Shown: positions 24,593 through 39,399, counted from the first letter of the stretch. The stretch is DNA of 64,000 nucleotides from Azolla caroliniana (GCA_043228905.1 JBHGNT010000012.1:1736001-1800000); one strand, 5' to 3'. The notes: generated by a model from the letters alone, not told the origin. Numbers and translations: made by a program.

Positions 24593-27500
24593 CACATTAT
24601 GATAATGGTAATGGTGGTTCATGCTGTTTGAGGTATTTTTTCCATTGCATATGATGGCTCATAACATGTAATTTTTTTTTTGCATGCTTTACCTGGTTTT
24701 ATTACCAATTATGAAGAATTTTACATGTATCAATGATTAATGTATATATTTTTCATTTTTTTTAATAAAGGCATTGCTTAAATATTCTATCTGAGGGGTG
24801 CTGTAGAGTTTTAATGTGTATATATTTTCCTGGTTTGAGTATGGATCATGATGAATTCATGTCTCAGGAAATTTTTTGAATTCATTTTATTTGGAGGTTC
24901 TCAGGACAAAAATCAGTTTTATCTGGTCCTGTTAAGAATCACAGATGAGAAATTTCATGAGGGATTGCTGGTAAACACATTCATGTCTTATCTGCTTTAC
25001 TTGAGATCCTGAAGTTTTACTTCATTTTCTAGTTTTCTTGGGGATTGCAAAATCATAATACTGAAGATATGCAATGCATGCATACATTTACTATAACATT
25101 GATCCATCCATCTTCTCTTTCTTGACCTATATATACAGTATGCAGGGCTCATAAACTTGGGCAACACTTGTTTCTTGAATGCCGTTCTTCAATGTCTAAC
25201 ATATACAGCCCCTCTAGCCAACACAATGCTGAGGAATGAGCATAATGTATCCTGTAAGTAGCTTCATCTTTCAATAATATCGACTCCCTTATCTTGCTTT
25301 TGATATCGCACGTATTATTATAGAATACAAATTTTCTATGCTTTTTAACTCTCCCGAACTAGATCTATGCGAGGAGATTTCATTTTGTTTTTTATTGGAT
25401 TTTAGGTCAGAGAAGAGGATTTTGTGGAATGTGTGCTATGGAGGCTCACATCAAGACTGTTTTGTCTACATTGGGGGGGACTATATCTCCTTCATTCCTT
25501 GCGAATAATCTTACCCGTATCCTCTCAGAGATCTATTTGTACTTGTCCTCAACTGCTGAATGGGATCATTTAGTCCTCTTTTTTCCCTTTTAGATGACTC
25601 ATCTTTTTTGAGCAATTCTCAACTGTAGAAATGTATAATATATTTTTGTCAAATACAGAATAACCAATGTCTCTCTCGGGTGATACTCAATTGTGAAGAT
25701 ATCTAGTTTCTTTGTTTGGTGATTCTCAACTGTATTTAGTGGTATCAAGCTGAAGTTATTAATTTCCCATAGAGCAGGATAGCACTTGGTCATTTTCATT
25801 AAAGTTCAAGAGAAATTGCTCAGTTAGATCTATTTATCTGCCTATAGATGAGAATATCTAGTATCATATCCATTTTGATCTACTCAATTGTGAAAGTATT
25901 TAGTCAGTTGTTTTCTGGATGATCCTCAATTGTAGTAAAATTTCAATGTCTTTCTTTTTGGGTAATCCTTGACTATTATTAGAGATATCAAAGTCTTTTG
26001 TTCCAGGAGAGCAACAGGATGCCCATGAATGCTTCTTCTTTCTCATTGAGGTTCTGCAGAAATGCAGCCTGTCCAATGGCAGCAGCACAGCCCCAAAATG
26101 TATGACTGAGGATACTAACTTTGTGTCTGATATATTCATTGGACAGTTAAGGAGCCAGGTAACAAATAATATCAATGAATTAATATCCACCTTGATGTTG
26201 CATCAATTGACCGCGTACCAAGGAACTAATGATAACGGGCTTTTCTCATGCTTAGGTAAGATGTAATTCATGCTTCCATAGCTCTGATTCAGTTGAGGCT
26301 TTTCTGGGTCTTAGCCTGGAGGTTGAGAGCTGCCACTCTGTAGAAGAAGCTCTCTCCAATTTCATGGCAGTGGAAGAATTGCAAGAGGACAGCAAAGTTT
26401 CTTGCTCAAAATGCAAGGAAGAATCGAACCGATCAAAACAATTGAGTTTTGATAAGTCACCTCAAGTCTTGGTGATTCAACTCAAACGTTTCAAGACAGC
26501 TTCATTAATGTTCCCCACCAAGATAGAGAAAAACATTAGTTATGGAACATCCCTTGACCTTACATCTTTCAATAAAAAAGACAATGGAGTACCAATCTTG
26601 GTAAGTGGCTATAGTTTCTTAATTCTTTTTTTAGTTATTATCATGCTAAGTGCTATTTCTCATTAATTTGCAGGAGCATGACTGGAAGTATAGGTTATAT
26701 GCAGTGCTAGTGCATTCAGGATGGTGTACAACATCTGGTCATTACTACTGTTATGTCCAGACTTCTCCGGGCATTTGGCATTGGATGAATGATAGTGTGG
26801 TATGACACTGCTTTCTTTGGATGAATTACAGTGTTGTACAACCTAGCAATGCATCTATGTATTTATTCACATGTCTGTTTATCATTGAATCCTGGGAATA
26901 AACTTATCTACTTGTTCACATGGGTATTGATCATTCAACCGTGGCTGGCAATGCATTTTTATGTGTATTCATGATCGTTAATCTCTGAAAATGCAGTTTT
27001 ATTTGTATTGTCATCAGGATTTTTTGAATATATCTTGCCAATTCACATTTGCATTTATTCATGTAAGTGATAATAGGCTAAATCTAAACATCAGATGCAT
27101 GTGTATATACTTAATCACTTAAGGTTGATACATTAAGCCCCATTGTGACACATCTGTATATCTCATCACTGGAGGACTGATCAGTTAAACCCAAGCCAAT
27201 GCATTTGTATGACAATATCTTTGGCTTGCAGGTAACTAGAGTGAGTGAGACAACTGTTCTTCGTCAAGAGGCTTACATGCTATTTTACATACGAGAAGGT
27301 GTAGATCAATTACTGATCCCACCTCAAGCTGCTGCTTTTATTAGTGAAGAAGCCTGTTCTAATGGTTCATATCATGGAATCCCCAATATTGTGAAAAACT
27401 CATTATCTGCGGTTGAGGATCATGAGCCTGAGGTAGTGCCACTTCCTGAAACCAATGCTGAAAATGTGGCTGCTGATCATTCTCTGGGGAAAGCAAAATC

Positions 27501-29092
27501 AGAAAGTGATAACAAAACTTCGATAGATATTGTTGGACTTGGTTCTTTGGATCATTGTTTTTATGGGTTGGAATCATCGAATCTTGTGAATGAAGTTGAA
27601 ATTACCAAGGCTCAAGACTCTCGTTCGGTGAACCTGCCTGATGGTGGCTCAAAGCAGGTATTACCTGGAAACATTGGTGATGCTTGTCGATCTGAGAATT
27701 GCAGCTACTAGAGCCAAACAAATCAGATTCAATAGTAGTATGGTGATTATGAACCAAACTATGTGTGTCACACTGATGAGATATAATAGAGGGGACTGTA
27801 TTATATGTATGTAGATGAATACAAATTGATGTGGAGTTGGAGGGTAAATTTTTTTTTATCACCATTAAGACATGCATATAGATAATAGTACACAATCCTT
27901 GTTCCAAATGTATCTATTCAGGTACACATTGGTATGTATTTAGAAACCCACATATAGCCTAACAATTGGATTCCATGTTATTAATATCAATGCCAATATA
28001 TAAATGTTCCATTTCATATCAATGCTAAAATATATGTGCTGTATTACATACAGCCTTTGCATTCTGTAATTGAGACAAGTATCAACTCCAAGCATGAAAA
28101 GAAATGTCTACATCCTATGTAGGTTGAGCAAAGATTGTCTTCAAAGATTCGGAATCCAGAGACATGTGATACAACTACTCATGGAGGATCTAGTGTTCCT
28201 GAACAAAGCTTTAGGCGGTTGTTAAGTCATATGCCCTCTAGACGACGAGAAGCATTGCTTGCAAGTACGCTAACAAATGTCCATGATCCTGCTAGACAAA
28301 GCAATGTGAAAGCTCCCAATAGAGCTTTGGACTCTAAACTCTGTAAAAAACCAAGGAAACAAAATACTGCTGTCAAGGTAGCTCTTGTAGATGATGCACC
28401 GCGGGGGCTGGAGAATAAGAGGAATGGAAGAAACAGATTACAAGGTTAAACAAAGATCCTAAATGGTGTATATGTATTGTATAAGTACTTTTTCTTCATG
28501 AAGTAACAAATTTTAAATTTTAAATTAGTTTGTCTGCTATTTTAAATTTTAGAATCTGTAAATAATATGTACTTTTTTTCCCTTTTGAAAGAAAATAAAA
28601 ATACATTGGTTTTGAAATAACAACAAGATTGATGCAATGCCCCTGTTCTTTTTTGTGTATTTGCAGAAAAGGCATGGCAGAATGATTGCAGCCAAGAGGT
28701 TGTTAGAAGCCGGAAACTACAGCGAGTGGTGGGGAAAGGGGTAATGAATGACTTCATAGAATCAGGAGCTCACCATCAGAAGGTAGTTGTAGGAATGACG
28801 GTGGTGGTGCGCTTTGGTATTCTTTTCTTATTAGGACCAAAACACTAAATACCTATAGCTCTTTTCTGGGTATTTTTACCACTGAAACATCCCAAAACTT
28901 CAAGAAATTACAAGAATACTGCTCTTTTAATTATAAACTTCTTATAATATATAGAATTTCTTTTAGTGGACTTCTGATCTCATAAATTTTATTTCTGCTT
29001 TTGTGAAGCTCCAAGTAATTGGTTGTGTTTTGCTTCTCTTTCTAATTATTTATTGATTTGTTTTTTAGATACCCAATATGGTGGACAGTTAA
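23740..29092 (+). CDS. Ubiquitin carboxyl-terminal hydrolase (USP/C19 family, UBP20/UBP21-like)
   Basis: Exons: 23740-23985, 25139-25253, 25406-25516, 25983-26158, 26256-26600, 26674-26799, 27232-27657, 28123-28444, 28667-28782, 29069-29092. Motifs: Cys box [33 protein letters not shown], His box [28 protein letters not shown]. The last three exons are phase-consistent but less certain; in-frame stops at 27711 or 28449 apply if the introns are retained. Confidence 0.92.
25517..25982 (+). other. U12-type (minor spliceosome) GT-AG intron in the UBP gene
   Basis: 5' site GTATCCTC and branch site ATCCTTGAC (25965-25973) ~10 nt before the AG, with no polypyrimidine tract between them. Removing it restores ..[20 protein letters not shown]. 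Confidence 0.85.
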
Positions 29093-31000
29093 GAGAGGAT
29101 GGACGAACCTCGTTGGTTTGAGAATGCTGTAAAGATAAAAAATATATACGAAAAGGTACAAGGAGCCTACTATATGCATATTTATCAATTTGGGAGAGTT
29201 GTGAAATTGTATTCACACTCCTGGATTTGATGCGGTATCTTTCAGAGTTTTATAGCCCCGAGCTGCGAATACTGCTACTTGGCTTTTGTATCGTATAGCG
29301 ACTGTCTTGATGATGTATTGGTCGAGTGCCAAAAACATGATCCAATTTGTATATTTCATATCGCTAAGAGTTGATTTATTATTGCCCATGATTGCAAGGA
29401 GACATCATAAGCAGCTTTCTTGCAATGGCTTGCTTCGTTTGTATCCATGTTTTACTATGTTTTGGTGGATTTGCCGAAGCCCATCATATGGGCTTCTAAG
29501 TTCACAATATTATTTTGAATCATTTTGACAGCTCTTGTTGCATCACAAGGACCTACTAATGGTGTCACATGATACTGTGTTTTATACAAATTATTAATGT
29601 TGATATTTGTTCGTGTTTGTGGAATCTGTTCTAAAGGTGGATTTAAGTAATCAAAGCAAGATTCTTGGATGTAAAGCTTAGTACATGGATGCGTGAGGAT
29701 TTATAAAAAATAGCCTAGTTGTAAGCCGAGCATTAGGCCTTTGAAGTCCTCTCTAGATGAAGGAGGGTCTTGAGGGCCTTTCTTCTTGGGATGGTGCTTT
29801 TTCATTTTACAATTGTGCAACATTAGGGAGACTAGGGGCTTGGGCTACACGGAGGAGGCCAATGAGCCAGTGCTTGAGACAAAGGGGATTAAGTTTAATC
29901 ACAAGAGAATAGAACAACCAAGCACAAAAAGTTAGTAATCAAGGCTTGGGGTTCCTATTTATGCACAAGAGACATGACATTAACGAGGTACGCGGGAGGA
30001 AAATAAATAGATAAGGTAGGTGGCAAGCTGCCTTGATGTGAGGGAGGTATATACATGTATGTATAATGGGAGATTGATTCTTTGATATAGGTGCTTTTAC
30101 TTGTTGATTGGTCATTGCATTGGGTGGAAGTTTGGCGAACTACGACTTGAGGGACATAGCATAGGGACATAGATGTAGTTGGTTAAATAAGGGACATACA
30201 TGTATAGATCACATCTTAACTCCAGTTGTATTTACATTTATGTTTATTTTACTTTGTTATTCCAAAGATAAGACATCATTTTGAGATGTAATCTCTTGAT
30301 TAGGTTTTAAAAACTTAGAAAACTTTAATATATCTTTCCATTGTCTTATAGTCAAAATTGCTCACATTTGACTAGCATTGTTCAACATTGCACATATTTC
30401 ATGGTGATTATTGAATTTCATCAATGCTCTAAGATGTTTAAGCATGTTAGTAATGTGTAAAGTTCACTCGTTTAGAATATAACTCTCTTCATTCGATGTG
30501 AGGTGAGAACTCATTCCATTAGTTTTACTTGGTGTGAATGCTCCTTTCTAGGTTCTTCAAGTGATTCACACATACATATTGATTTTCGGCACAAAATGAT
30601 CACATTATGAGTTTCTTGATCTCAATCAATTATATCCATTGACATTCTTCTCATTTTATTTAGATTGATAGTTGTCGAGGTAAAGCCATCAAATGAACTT
30701 CCTTATGGCGGAGGACCATGCATGCAAACTTTTAGAAGGAGATGTCCACCAAGTATACGGCAACTTCACAGTTGGTCAGGCTTTTCGACAAACTTATGGT
30801 TGATCCATTCTCTTGCTGGCTTGTCAAATAGGGTCGATGTCCCCAATGAGCACGTCATGAGATCGAGTACTGTTATATACGAACACAGCACTCGAACAAT
30901 GTTCTGTAATACTAAAGTATATACAAAAACCAATTACAAGACAAAATATGTGCCGATAGAGATTTAACTGCACCAGATGATAGAAAATTTAGTATATACA

Positions 31001-34000
31001 TCACTTTATGTCCATTTTGGCAGCAATTGATCTTAATTCACTAGAAATCGTTGCAAAGCTCGGTCTATCTGCGGGATCAGCTGCCCAACACCTTTCCATC
31101 AATTGTTTCCAACTGGGGTCACTCCAGTTTGGAATCAATGGACGTAATGTATTATTCACAATGCCACCTATTATAGTACACAACAGAACAAACATCATAT
31201 ACAATTCCAGCATCATCCACTCACATATTTTAAGACGTATGCAAAGGATTCATCTCCCTGGAGCTTTGAATGGAATTTCCAAATTATCATGAATTCAAAG
31301 ACTTCTATTTCATATTTGTATACCTATAATTGTACCACAGTGCATGTTTGCATATGGTTCCTCTCCTGTAAGGAGCTCCCACATAACTATCCCAAAGGAG
31401 TAGACATCAATCTGCAGCAATTTGTTTCTTTTATGAGAAATAATGCTTGATGAAGAAAAGGAAAATGCCATACCGATCTATTTTTACTCTTAAGAATGTG
31501 TGTTGTTGACTCACTTTCTCCGTTACCATGGCATGCTTCTCACTTAACAATTCCGGAGCCATCCAAGGAAGTGTTCCTCTGATACCACCGGAAACCAACG
31601 TATGATGTTTCACTTTTGAAAGTCCGAAATCTCCAACCTGGAACACATTACAATACAATACATTTTCCACACTCAAGAGACATAAATGATCATGGACATG
31701 ATGCCCTTAGCTTCCTTGCAACATCCTAGAGTACTCTGGAAGCTAGATCAAGACATGATCATTGTTTTTCAGGAAATTTTAGAGAATTCCAATCAGAGTT
31801 ATTCATGTTCATAACAAAAGTGGAGATGGAACAGCATCATAAGAGAGTGAATCATTTCTCTTGTGAATGGACTACTAGTTCAGAACCTTCCTTGGAAGAA
31901 AACATTGTACAACGTTGGGTATTCTAGTTAAGTTTGAACATTTAGGGGTATTCCAGTAAATATCCAGAAAGCATGGTTGTTTGGTGTTTTCTGTTAAAAT
32001 GCCAATGGAGCCATCAGAATTATAAAAAAAAACATTTGAGTTATACCTTGCAGACTGGGCGGTTTGAGTCTCTCATGTTCACAAGAAGATTTTCACTCTT
32101 TAAGTCAAAATGGACAACATTCTTGCTGTGCAAGTACTCCATTCCAAATGCAGTATCCATAGCAATTAAGAGACGTTTTTTGCGATCAATAGTTCTATAT
32201 CATATACAACCCATAGAGTTTCAATAAGAATAGAGTTTCAATAAGAATGTTGATGCAAATCTCAGTTAAAACATATCAATAGAATATACCTATCTTTCTT
32301 TATCAGAACCTGTTTCAAAGAACCATTCACCATGAATTCCGTGACAGTTGCAAGGTTACCATCAGGTCCATCAGGCACTACTCCATAAAATGCGACAATA
32401 TTGGGGTGATGAAGTTGGCTTAATGTGCCAGCTTCACTCCAGAAGTCTGAAATCTACTTGAAACACAAGAAAACAATAGTTGTTGGATATCTTACTTCTC
32501 TTAGTTTTTCTGGTTGTTAAAAGATCGACCATTAACTTAGTTTGAAAAATAATCTACCAAGCGCTCCTGCACTGAGGGGCGACACCCAATGAAACAGCTG
32601 GATTTGATGCGCTTTATTGCAACATCCGAGCCTCTCCATTTGCCATAAAAAACTGTTCCATATGTCCCTGATCCCAGCTCCCTCAATTCCTCAATATCAA
32701 CATTTCTTATAATCTATACAATATTTAATGGGAAATCGATAAGACTTTGTAGCTTCCAAGATTTTACATTTACAAAATTTTCAATGAAAATTTTAAACCT
32801 GTAGACCACGTGCTGTAGCCTCTGCTTCAGCTTCAATAACTGATGACTTCTTTTTAAGTTCTCGGAAGCAAAAACTGTCAGATTCACTTTCCTTTACCTG
32901 GATTTAAAAAAATGTTGTAAAACAAAAATATCATGAGCAAGCCAGAACACAAGCTTGAATCTTACTCTCCAGTTTTAATTGAAGCTATCCTAAAGTTCAA
33001 AGATGATTATACGCAATGCACACAATATAATACATTAGATCTCTTCTCACTGTGTCTCATCCATTAGAAATTTCATTACACGAGCACAGAGCTCAATATC
33101 CTGTTATATATTATCGTCATTAATGGTTGCTTTTTCTTCATGTGTATGAGGCTAACAGAGCCCTTATTAACCCTTCCTTTGCCAAGTGGGTAGAATTCTC
33201 TCACCATGAAACTCACATTGTGACAGCTTCCAAAAAAGGGCTCATCCTACTAGGGTGCATGCATAATCAAAGTGAGAAGAAAGAATGAAAGAAAGACTTT
33301 ACGGATATTAAATGTACGGTAAGCATATGTACTTCTCCCCCACAATATGGGGATTGATTCTAAATTTAATAGCAAAAGAATGACATCTAGACTCTGGAGA
33401 TTATAAAGAAGATAAGGTGCAGATGATCTACACAAATTAAGACCTAAAATGCTACCGCATACAACAAAAGTTGTGAATCTAACATACAAACAGTCTACAT
33501 TGAATTATAAAAATCGGAGTTCAAAAAACAAACTCCACTAATTCGTACCTCAGAAGATAGTCCACCTGAAACTTGATCGTGTCTAATGGACTTCTCCCAT
33601 ATATTTGCATTTGCTCCTGCTTCCTTATTCCATTCTCTAGATGAATGTAGAGGTGAGGTTGGTTCCTTTGAAGCAGATCCTATGCCCTTTTCAAAAATCA
33701 TGTTGCAATGCCTTTCAATAGCATCTTCTTCCCCTTCTGCAATCTTTCCATCTGCCCTTTCATTCGAAAACTCCAAGACAGATGAAACTTTCTCATTTGC
33801 GAGTTCCTCTCCCAAGGACATATCTTCCTTGATCCAATTTGCACTATCCAGAAAAACACTTTCTTCACTATTTTGAAGTAACGAATTCCTAGAGTTTATG
33901 CTACTTGTTGGACTCCGATCAAACACCGGTGATGCAAAAGTAATCGAAGATTCATTTCGATTAGTCCAACCGAGCGATCCACTCGGCCATGACAGTGATA

Positions 34001-36497
34001 TCATGTGCTGACCTTTAATGGAATCCGAGAAGCCTTCTTTATAGAAACGGCCTGAGGAATTAGCATCTAATGAGCTGCAACCACGACCAATTTCGGACAC
34101 CTTATATGCTGAGGAAGAAACAGGCAAACACTCAGCTCTCTTTTCATCTATGTCTTCAAACAGATTAATGGGCCTAAAAGTTGTAGAATAAGACAAGCGG
34201 ACATCAATTTCTTCATCCTCACTATCCTCATCTGTCTGCATGCTTAACCAAAAATAATCATTTTTAGGTGTATTGATTTTTTCAGGCAAATGAGACACAT
34301 TTTCCTTGTGGTAAACAACATGATCAGCATTCCTTTTCAGTCGATCCTTACTGGCAGAAGCGATAGGATCAAACAAGTCTTGGGTTTGAAAAGTAGTCCC
34401 AGACATAGTGACAGCATGATCGATAGAGCTCAAAGATGTTGAATCTGAACCAAAACTAGAAATTCCATGTCCAACATTAGGTAAATCATCCAACGTAAAT
34501 GTGACTCTTTCCAGAATCAGATGATCCAAGGGATCTCCTTGATTGGTACCAGGAACCCTTGAGTTTCTGGAATTTGATATAATATTCCTGGCCTTTTGTA
34601 CAGACTCTACATCTCTTTGATGATCCTGCAAAGGATGAGAAGATTTTCTTGTCTTGCAAGAGTTTCGAACTTCCACTTCCACATTCTGGTGTTGATCAGT
34701 AAGCTCTTCAAAATGTCCTTCACAATCTGTATGAATATGTTTCTTTTGTTCCAAGATTTGTTTTCCATGAAAGTCAGGGAAATTACAATGTTCTTTTGCT
34801 GAACACTCACTTAGATGATACTGCACATTCTTCTTCTCAATGAAATGTGTCACTTTACGATCATGTTCATCTACTTCCAAACCTTTCACACTATTTGACT
34901 GTTGTTGCCATGAACTATCATCTAACAGATGATCAACACCATCATGTAGCCTAGAAGAAAATGATAATCCTCCATTGCTCCTGATAGCTTGATTCCCAAA
35001 ATGAGATAAGATTCTGTTGTGTTTATATTCTGTCGTGGACCCATTGATTCTTCGATGTACCTGCGAAGATTCGTGATGACGGTTGCATGTTGTACAAACA
35101 TCTTGAGATGAGGATGGATCCACGTAGAAACTTGTTACACTCTGTATATGTGAGTCATGAACATTCAAGTATGGAGACGGACATTGAAATGACGATATCT
35201 GATGATCAAGATCAGGGGTCCATTTCAATGGAGCATAACATTCATGGCAGTGAAATAGTGCAGCTTCATGATCTGGTGGATGAAATATGGGCCCCTGTTT
35301 ATACATCTCCAGATGACGATACTGCATGGCCTCTCCTCTATATAGCTGATCAGAAACTTGACTAAATTGGTGATTTTTAGGCTGACATTGAGGGGGTATT
35401 CTACTGCATGAATGCTTGACATCATTCCACGTATCTGTAACAATGCTTGATCCATGATGATATTCACATTGCTGTGTCATACGCATTTCAGGATCATCTG
35501 CGTTCAAATTAACCTCCCAACTTGAAAAATCCCTAGCTTGATGTAGCTTAGGACTTTTTACAAATACTTGATTTTGATGACCCTTTAAGGTGCTAGAAGT
35601 ATCCACAAAAATATCTCGGGTTGCTTCAGGTGAAACAGCATTTGTCCATTCCTTTGAGGCTTGAAAAGGAGTGTCCACAATACCCCATGGATTATGATAT
35701 GCTTGCCTCAAAGAAATCAATGGGGATGATGGGGCTGAAGATACTGCCCTCGCAAATGGATTTGCAGAATAAAAAGGCCCATACTTTGTTGTTCTCTTTT
35801 CATGAATATGGTGAGGTGATATAACGTCCATACCTTCTTCAAGATGCATATCAAACATTCTTTCTTGGATACCATTTATTGTATCTACGTAAAACTGCAC
35901 TTCTGGGCTGCAATCTTCAACAGCTCCGAGGGTGATACAACAATTGACAATCTCACATTGTGATGGATCATCAAACAAGAATAACCTTAGCCGTGTCATA
36001 CTATGATTGGATTCAAGCTTATCATATTCATCGATCAAATTTTGCAAGTCCTCATCAGATGAGACAGATACAAGAGCGTCCAAATCCTCTCCTGGCAACT
36101 GATACTTAAGAATGGTATATGTAGAATATATTTCAGCCATTTTCAAAATAAACTCCCTGTAACTGAGGTTCCGATCTAGTGCAATAATTCGTGTTTCTCC
36201 TCCACAGTAACGAAGCATACCATCTCCGGGTCTAATCATGATTCTACCACCAAAGCTACACAAGAACTTAAAGCATGACCTCGTGCTAAAAACTCCAGGT
36301 CTAGGAGAGAGACCCTGCCCAAAGAGGGACGGTATAGTTTCACCTATTTTGGGTGCAACTTGGGTATCTTTCGATGGCTTGACTGATAAGGCTGGGTCAA
36401 TATGCCCAAATGTTTCACTGAAAACATGATTTTTATGGTGAGTACGTTGCATTCGAGGCTCTACATGAGCCAACAAATCAGAAGTTATCGGGTTCAT
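31001..36497 (-). CDS. B4-group Raf-like MAP kinase kinase kinase with N-terminal PB1 domain
   Basis: Exons: 36497-33549, 32897-32799, 32713-32558, 32453-32290, 32194-32047, 31637-31515, 31411-31324, 31167-31001. PB1 motifs [24 protein letters not shown] and [20 protein letters not shown]. Kinase motifs [53 protein letters not shown]. First in-frame ATG at 36497. Confidence 0.95.
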
Positions 36498-37057
36498 GTC
36501 TAGAGTGACCAAAGTCGAAGCAAGACATTAATTTTGGAAGTAAATGGAGGATCCATGGAAGTTTGCCATATGCCCAAGATCAACCATTGAGGGTGGTGTT
36601 GTGCAAGATGCACAGCACATCATGGCGTATTAATAGTCATATGGATCCAAGGTTTCATAGTTCACAATGACCCCCTTCCCTCTTGAATAGGGGCGATGTC
36701 AAGGTGCTAGGGTTTTGAAACAGGAGTAGGCTTAGCTTAGAGTTAGGCTTAGGATTAGGGCTAAGGTTAGGTTAGCCTTGGCGTTGGTATTGGGATTGGG
36801 ATTTGGATTTGAGTTAGGGTAAGGATTAGAGGTATGATCACAAGCTAAAGCTTCTCAGGAAAGAGGAAGCCGAAGAAGAAAAAGACTTTTTGTTTTGGTG
36901 GAAAATAGCACATTAATCATACCTTTACAAACATGATGCGATCGGGATCAGCGGGTTAGGGCTAGCATTGATAGAAAAGGTGCGCAGCCACAACTTCTTG
37001 GCCAATGAAGGAAGGACATTAATCACATTCGAAATAGGTATTGGCATTAAAGCATTA

Positions 37058-37140
37058 AGGGTTAGGGTTAAGGTTGGGGTTGGAGTTAGGGCAAGGGTTA
37101 GGGCAAGGGTTAGGGTTAGGGTTAGGGTTAGGGTTAGGAT
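37058..37140 (+). repeat. (TTAGGG)n hexamer array upstream of the Raf-like kinase
   Basis: A perfect GGGTTA run at 37107-37138 within ~14 degenerate hexamers. A second, more degenerate hexamer array lies at ~36728-36832. Confidence 0.9.
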
Positions 37141-37588
37141 TAAGATTGGTAGGATGGTGACAATTTCCAACTAACTAACGACTCAAGTGATGTGGGAAGC
37201 AGAAAGATAGAGATAGATTTCAAACAAACACACACACATACCTTATATGCAGGGGATTGCAGAGCAAAGGGCCTCTTGTGTGTGTGTGTGTGTGTATGTG
37301 TGTGTGTGTCTCTGTGTCTTTGTCTGTTATGCCAAGTGGACTGACTCTCTCTTCCTCTTCTGCACATTATTATTCCATGATTTGGGAGATGGATGGTAAG
37401 GAAGGGAAGGGAATGGGGGTATATTCCTTGTGGTCATGGGAATCACAGACAAGAAATATGCTACATATACATATGTATACATATATGTATACAGTATATA
37501 CATACATACATACATATACAGTATACATACATATGTATACAGTATAATGAGACGGGTTCCTTTTTCTGTGAGACGGGCTCCCTCTTTA

Positions 37589-37608
37589 ATTGGCGCGCTT
37601 TTTCGCGC
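37589..37608. promoter_or_regulatory. Two E2F-consensus sites in a CG-rich patch upstream of the Raf-like kinase
   Basis: ATTGGCGC (37589) and TTTCGCGC (37601) fit WTTSSCSS. Motif match only. Confidence 0.35.
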
Positions 37609-39399
37609 CTTTTCTACAGCCACATTGGACGGTGCAGATTGCACGCGCCCTCATCTAGCGACCTGCACCGTCCCTCTCCGCGATTCCCTCACTTGCCCTC
37701 TTTAATATTTGGTAGTAGTTAGACACCACGACATACATATACATACATACATACATACATACATGATATATAGATACATACATACATATATATTCTATGC
37801 TAATAGTAAATTGTAATAATACCCTTCTCTCCTCCTTCCTTTCAAGAAATTATGCTATACATGATGATATTTCTATGTTGATACCCCTCCTCTCCCCCTT
37901 CCTCTTTTGCCCTTCTCAAAATATATACAGAAACTGCTACCCCCTTCCTTACTCTAGAGTCTAATCTACTCTTCATATGCTCTCATCTCACCTGTCCTGT
38001 CCTGTGTCCACCGACCATAAATCTCTTGTTGGTGCCCCGATATAATTGCTTCAAGACCTTAAGGCAACAAGAGGTAGGCCTCTCACCCTCAGGAGAGGGG
38101 TCGTGGGCTGTTATAACACACACACATTGCTCTCGCATGGACCATGCCTCGGTCTGTGTTGCTCATGTCTAGGTCGTGTCCACATTGTTCTTGAGCAACG
38201 CCATCAGGCCCATGTAGCATCATCATTCTAATAGATGTTAGATCACAACACCTTCGTATGGTTCTTGGTTCCCGATGCTTGATTATGTGCCCCCACATAG
38301 TTCTAGAAGACTGTGTGGCGGAGTGACATTAGACCATGTTTAGGTCAAGGATTGTCATCCTCGAGAAAATACTTAGCGTTACGCTCATTGATGACCCGAA
38401 AGACAAGATTGGCAACATTTCTCCAATATAAGCATGTTGGGTACAAAATTCATACATTTGTGCAAGTTGTACACATTATCCTAGATAATCATGTCGAATA
38501 GAAAACAAAATTGCCTCTAGACCATTCATATTTTTGTTACTATTGTATCATAACCACTTGGTCAACTACTTGTGCGGCAATAATTAATCCTTTTCAATAG
38601 GACGAGCATGAGCTAAAATTTAGGCCCTTAAACTTTTATATGGTAAACTTGTACAATCATTGATGTGGTACTCTTGCCATGATGGGTGATGGTAGTGAAT
38701 GCCCATTCCTAACAAGGAAGCAAATAGCATCAATAAAGAAATGGTCTTTGTGATTCCTTATTTTGATGTGGCATTTCTCATTTCCTTACACTCATGTCCT
38801 AAATTCTAATATGTCATATGGATTCCATCTTATAATTCAAAGATGAACGTAAATTTCCACTAATTCATAAGGACGTTATGTAAGTGGACTATTTAAATTT
38901 TCGAGTATTGATGTGTTGTGCATGAATGAAAGTTTAAAGCATCAAGTTCTCATAAGTCAATTTTTGAATAGATTTATGAAATCTGCGTAGAAATCTTTCA
39001 CTTCCTATGCTACTGTGATCTCTCTTTATGATAGTCACATGATTGGTATAGGTCTTCTTAGCTTTTTCCTTCTCTTTTCTGAAGCTACCCCTAGCAATAC
39101 GCCATATTTTATTGATACTAAGTCCTTGGCTTGGAAAACCAATGTATTTGGTTAGATGACCCCTTCAATATGTGGCATTGAACTAAGGCCTTCTTGTCTT
39201 CTCTCTATTGTGCTTTGTTCCTTCACCCTTGTGTGCTCGCACATAAGAGGAGGTAGTGCTTCGCAATGTGCTTTTCCCATTATGTCTTGTTTATTTATAT
39301 TCAATAATATAAGCATGATTCAAAAGCAAAGTCAAATTGATGAGGCTTTGCCCAATCATTTTAAATGGATACAATGATTTGGCATCCATTACATGTATC

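Noticed and set aside
36498-36512. Kinase start at 36512 as given by the ORF track
   Set aside because: That codon is TTG; the first in-frame ATG is at 36497.
36925-37174. LT/VR dipeptide-repeat ORFs
   Set aside because: By-products of the TTAGGG array.
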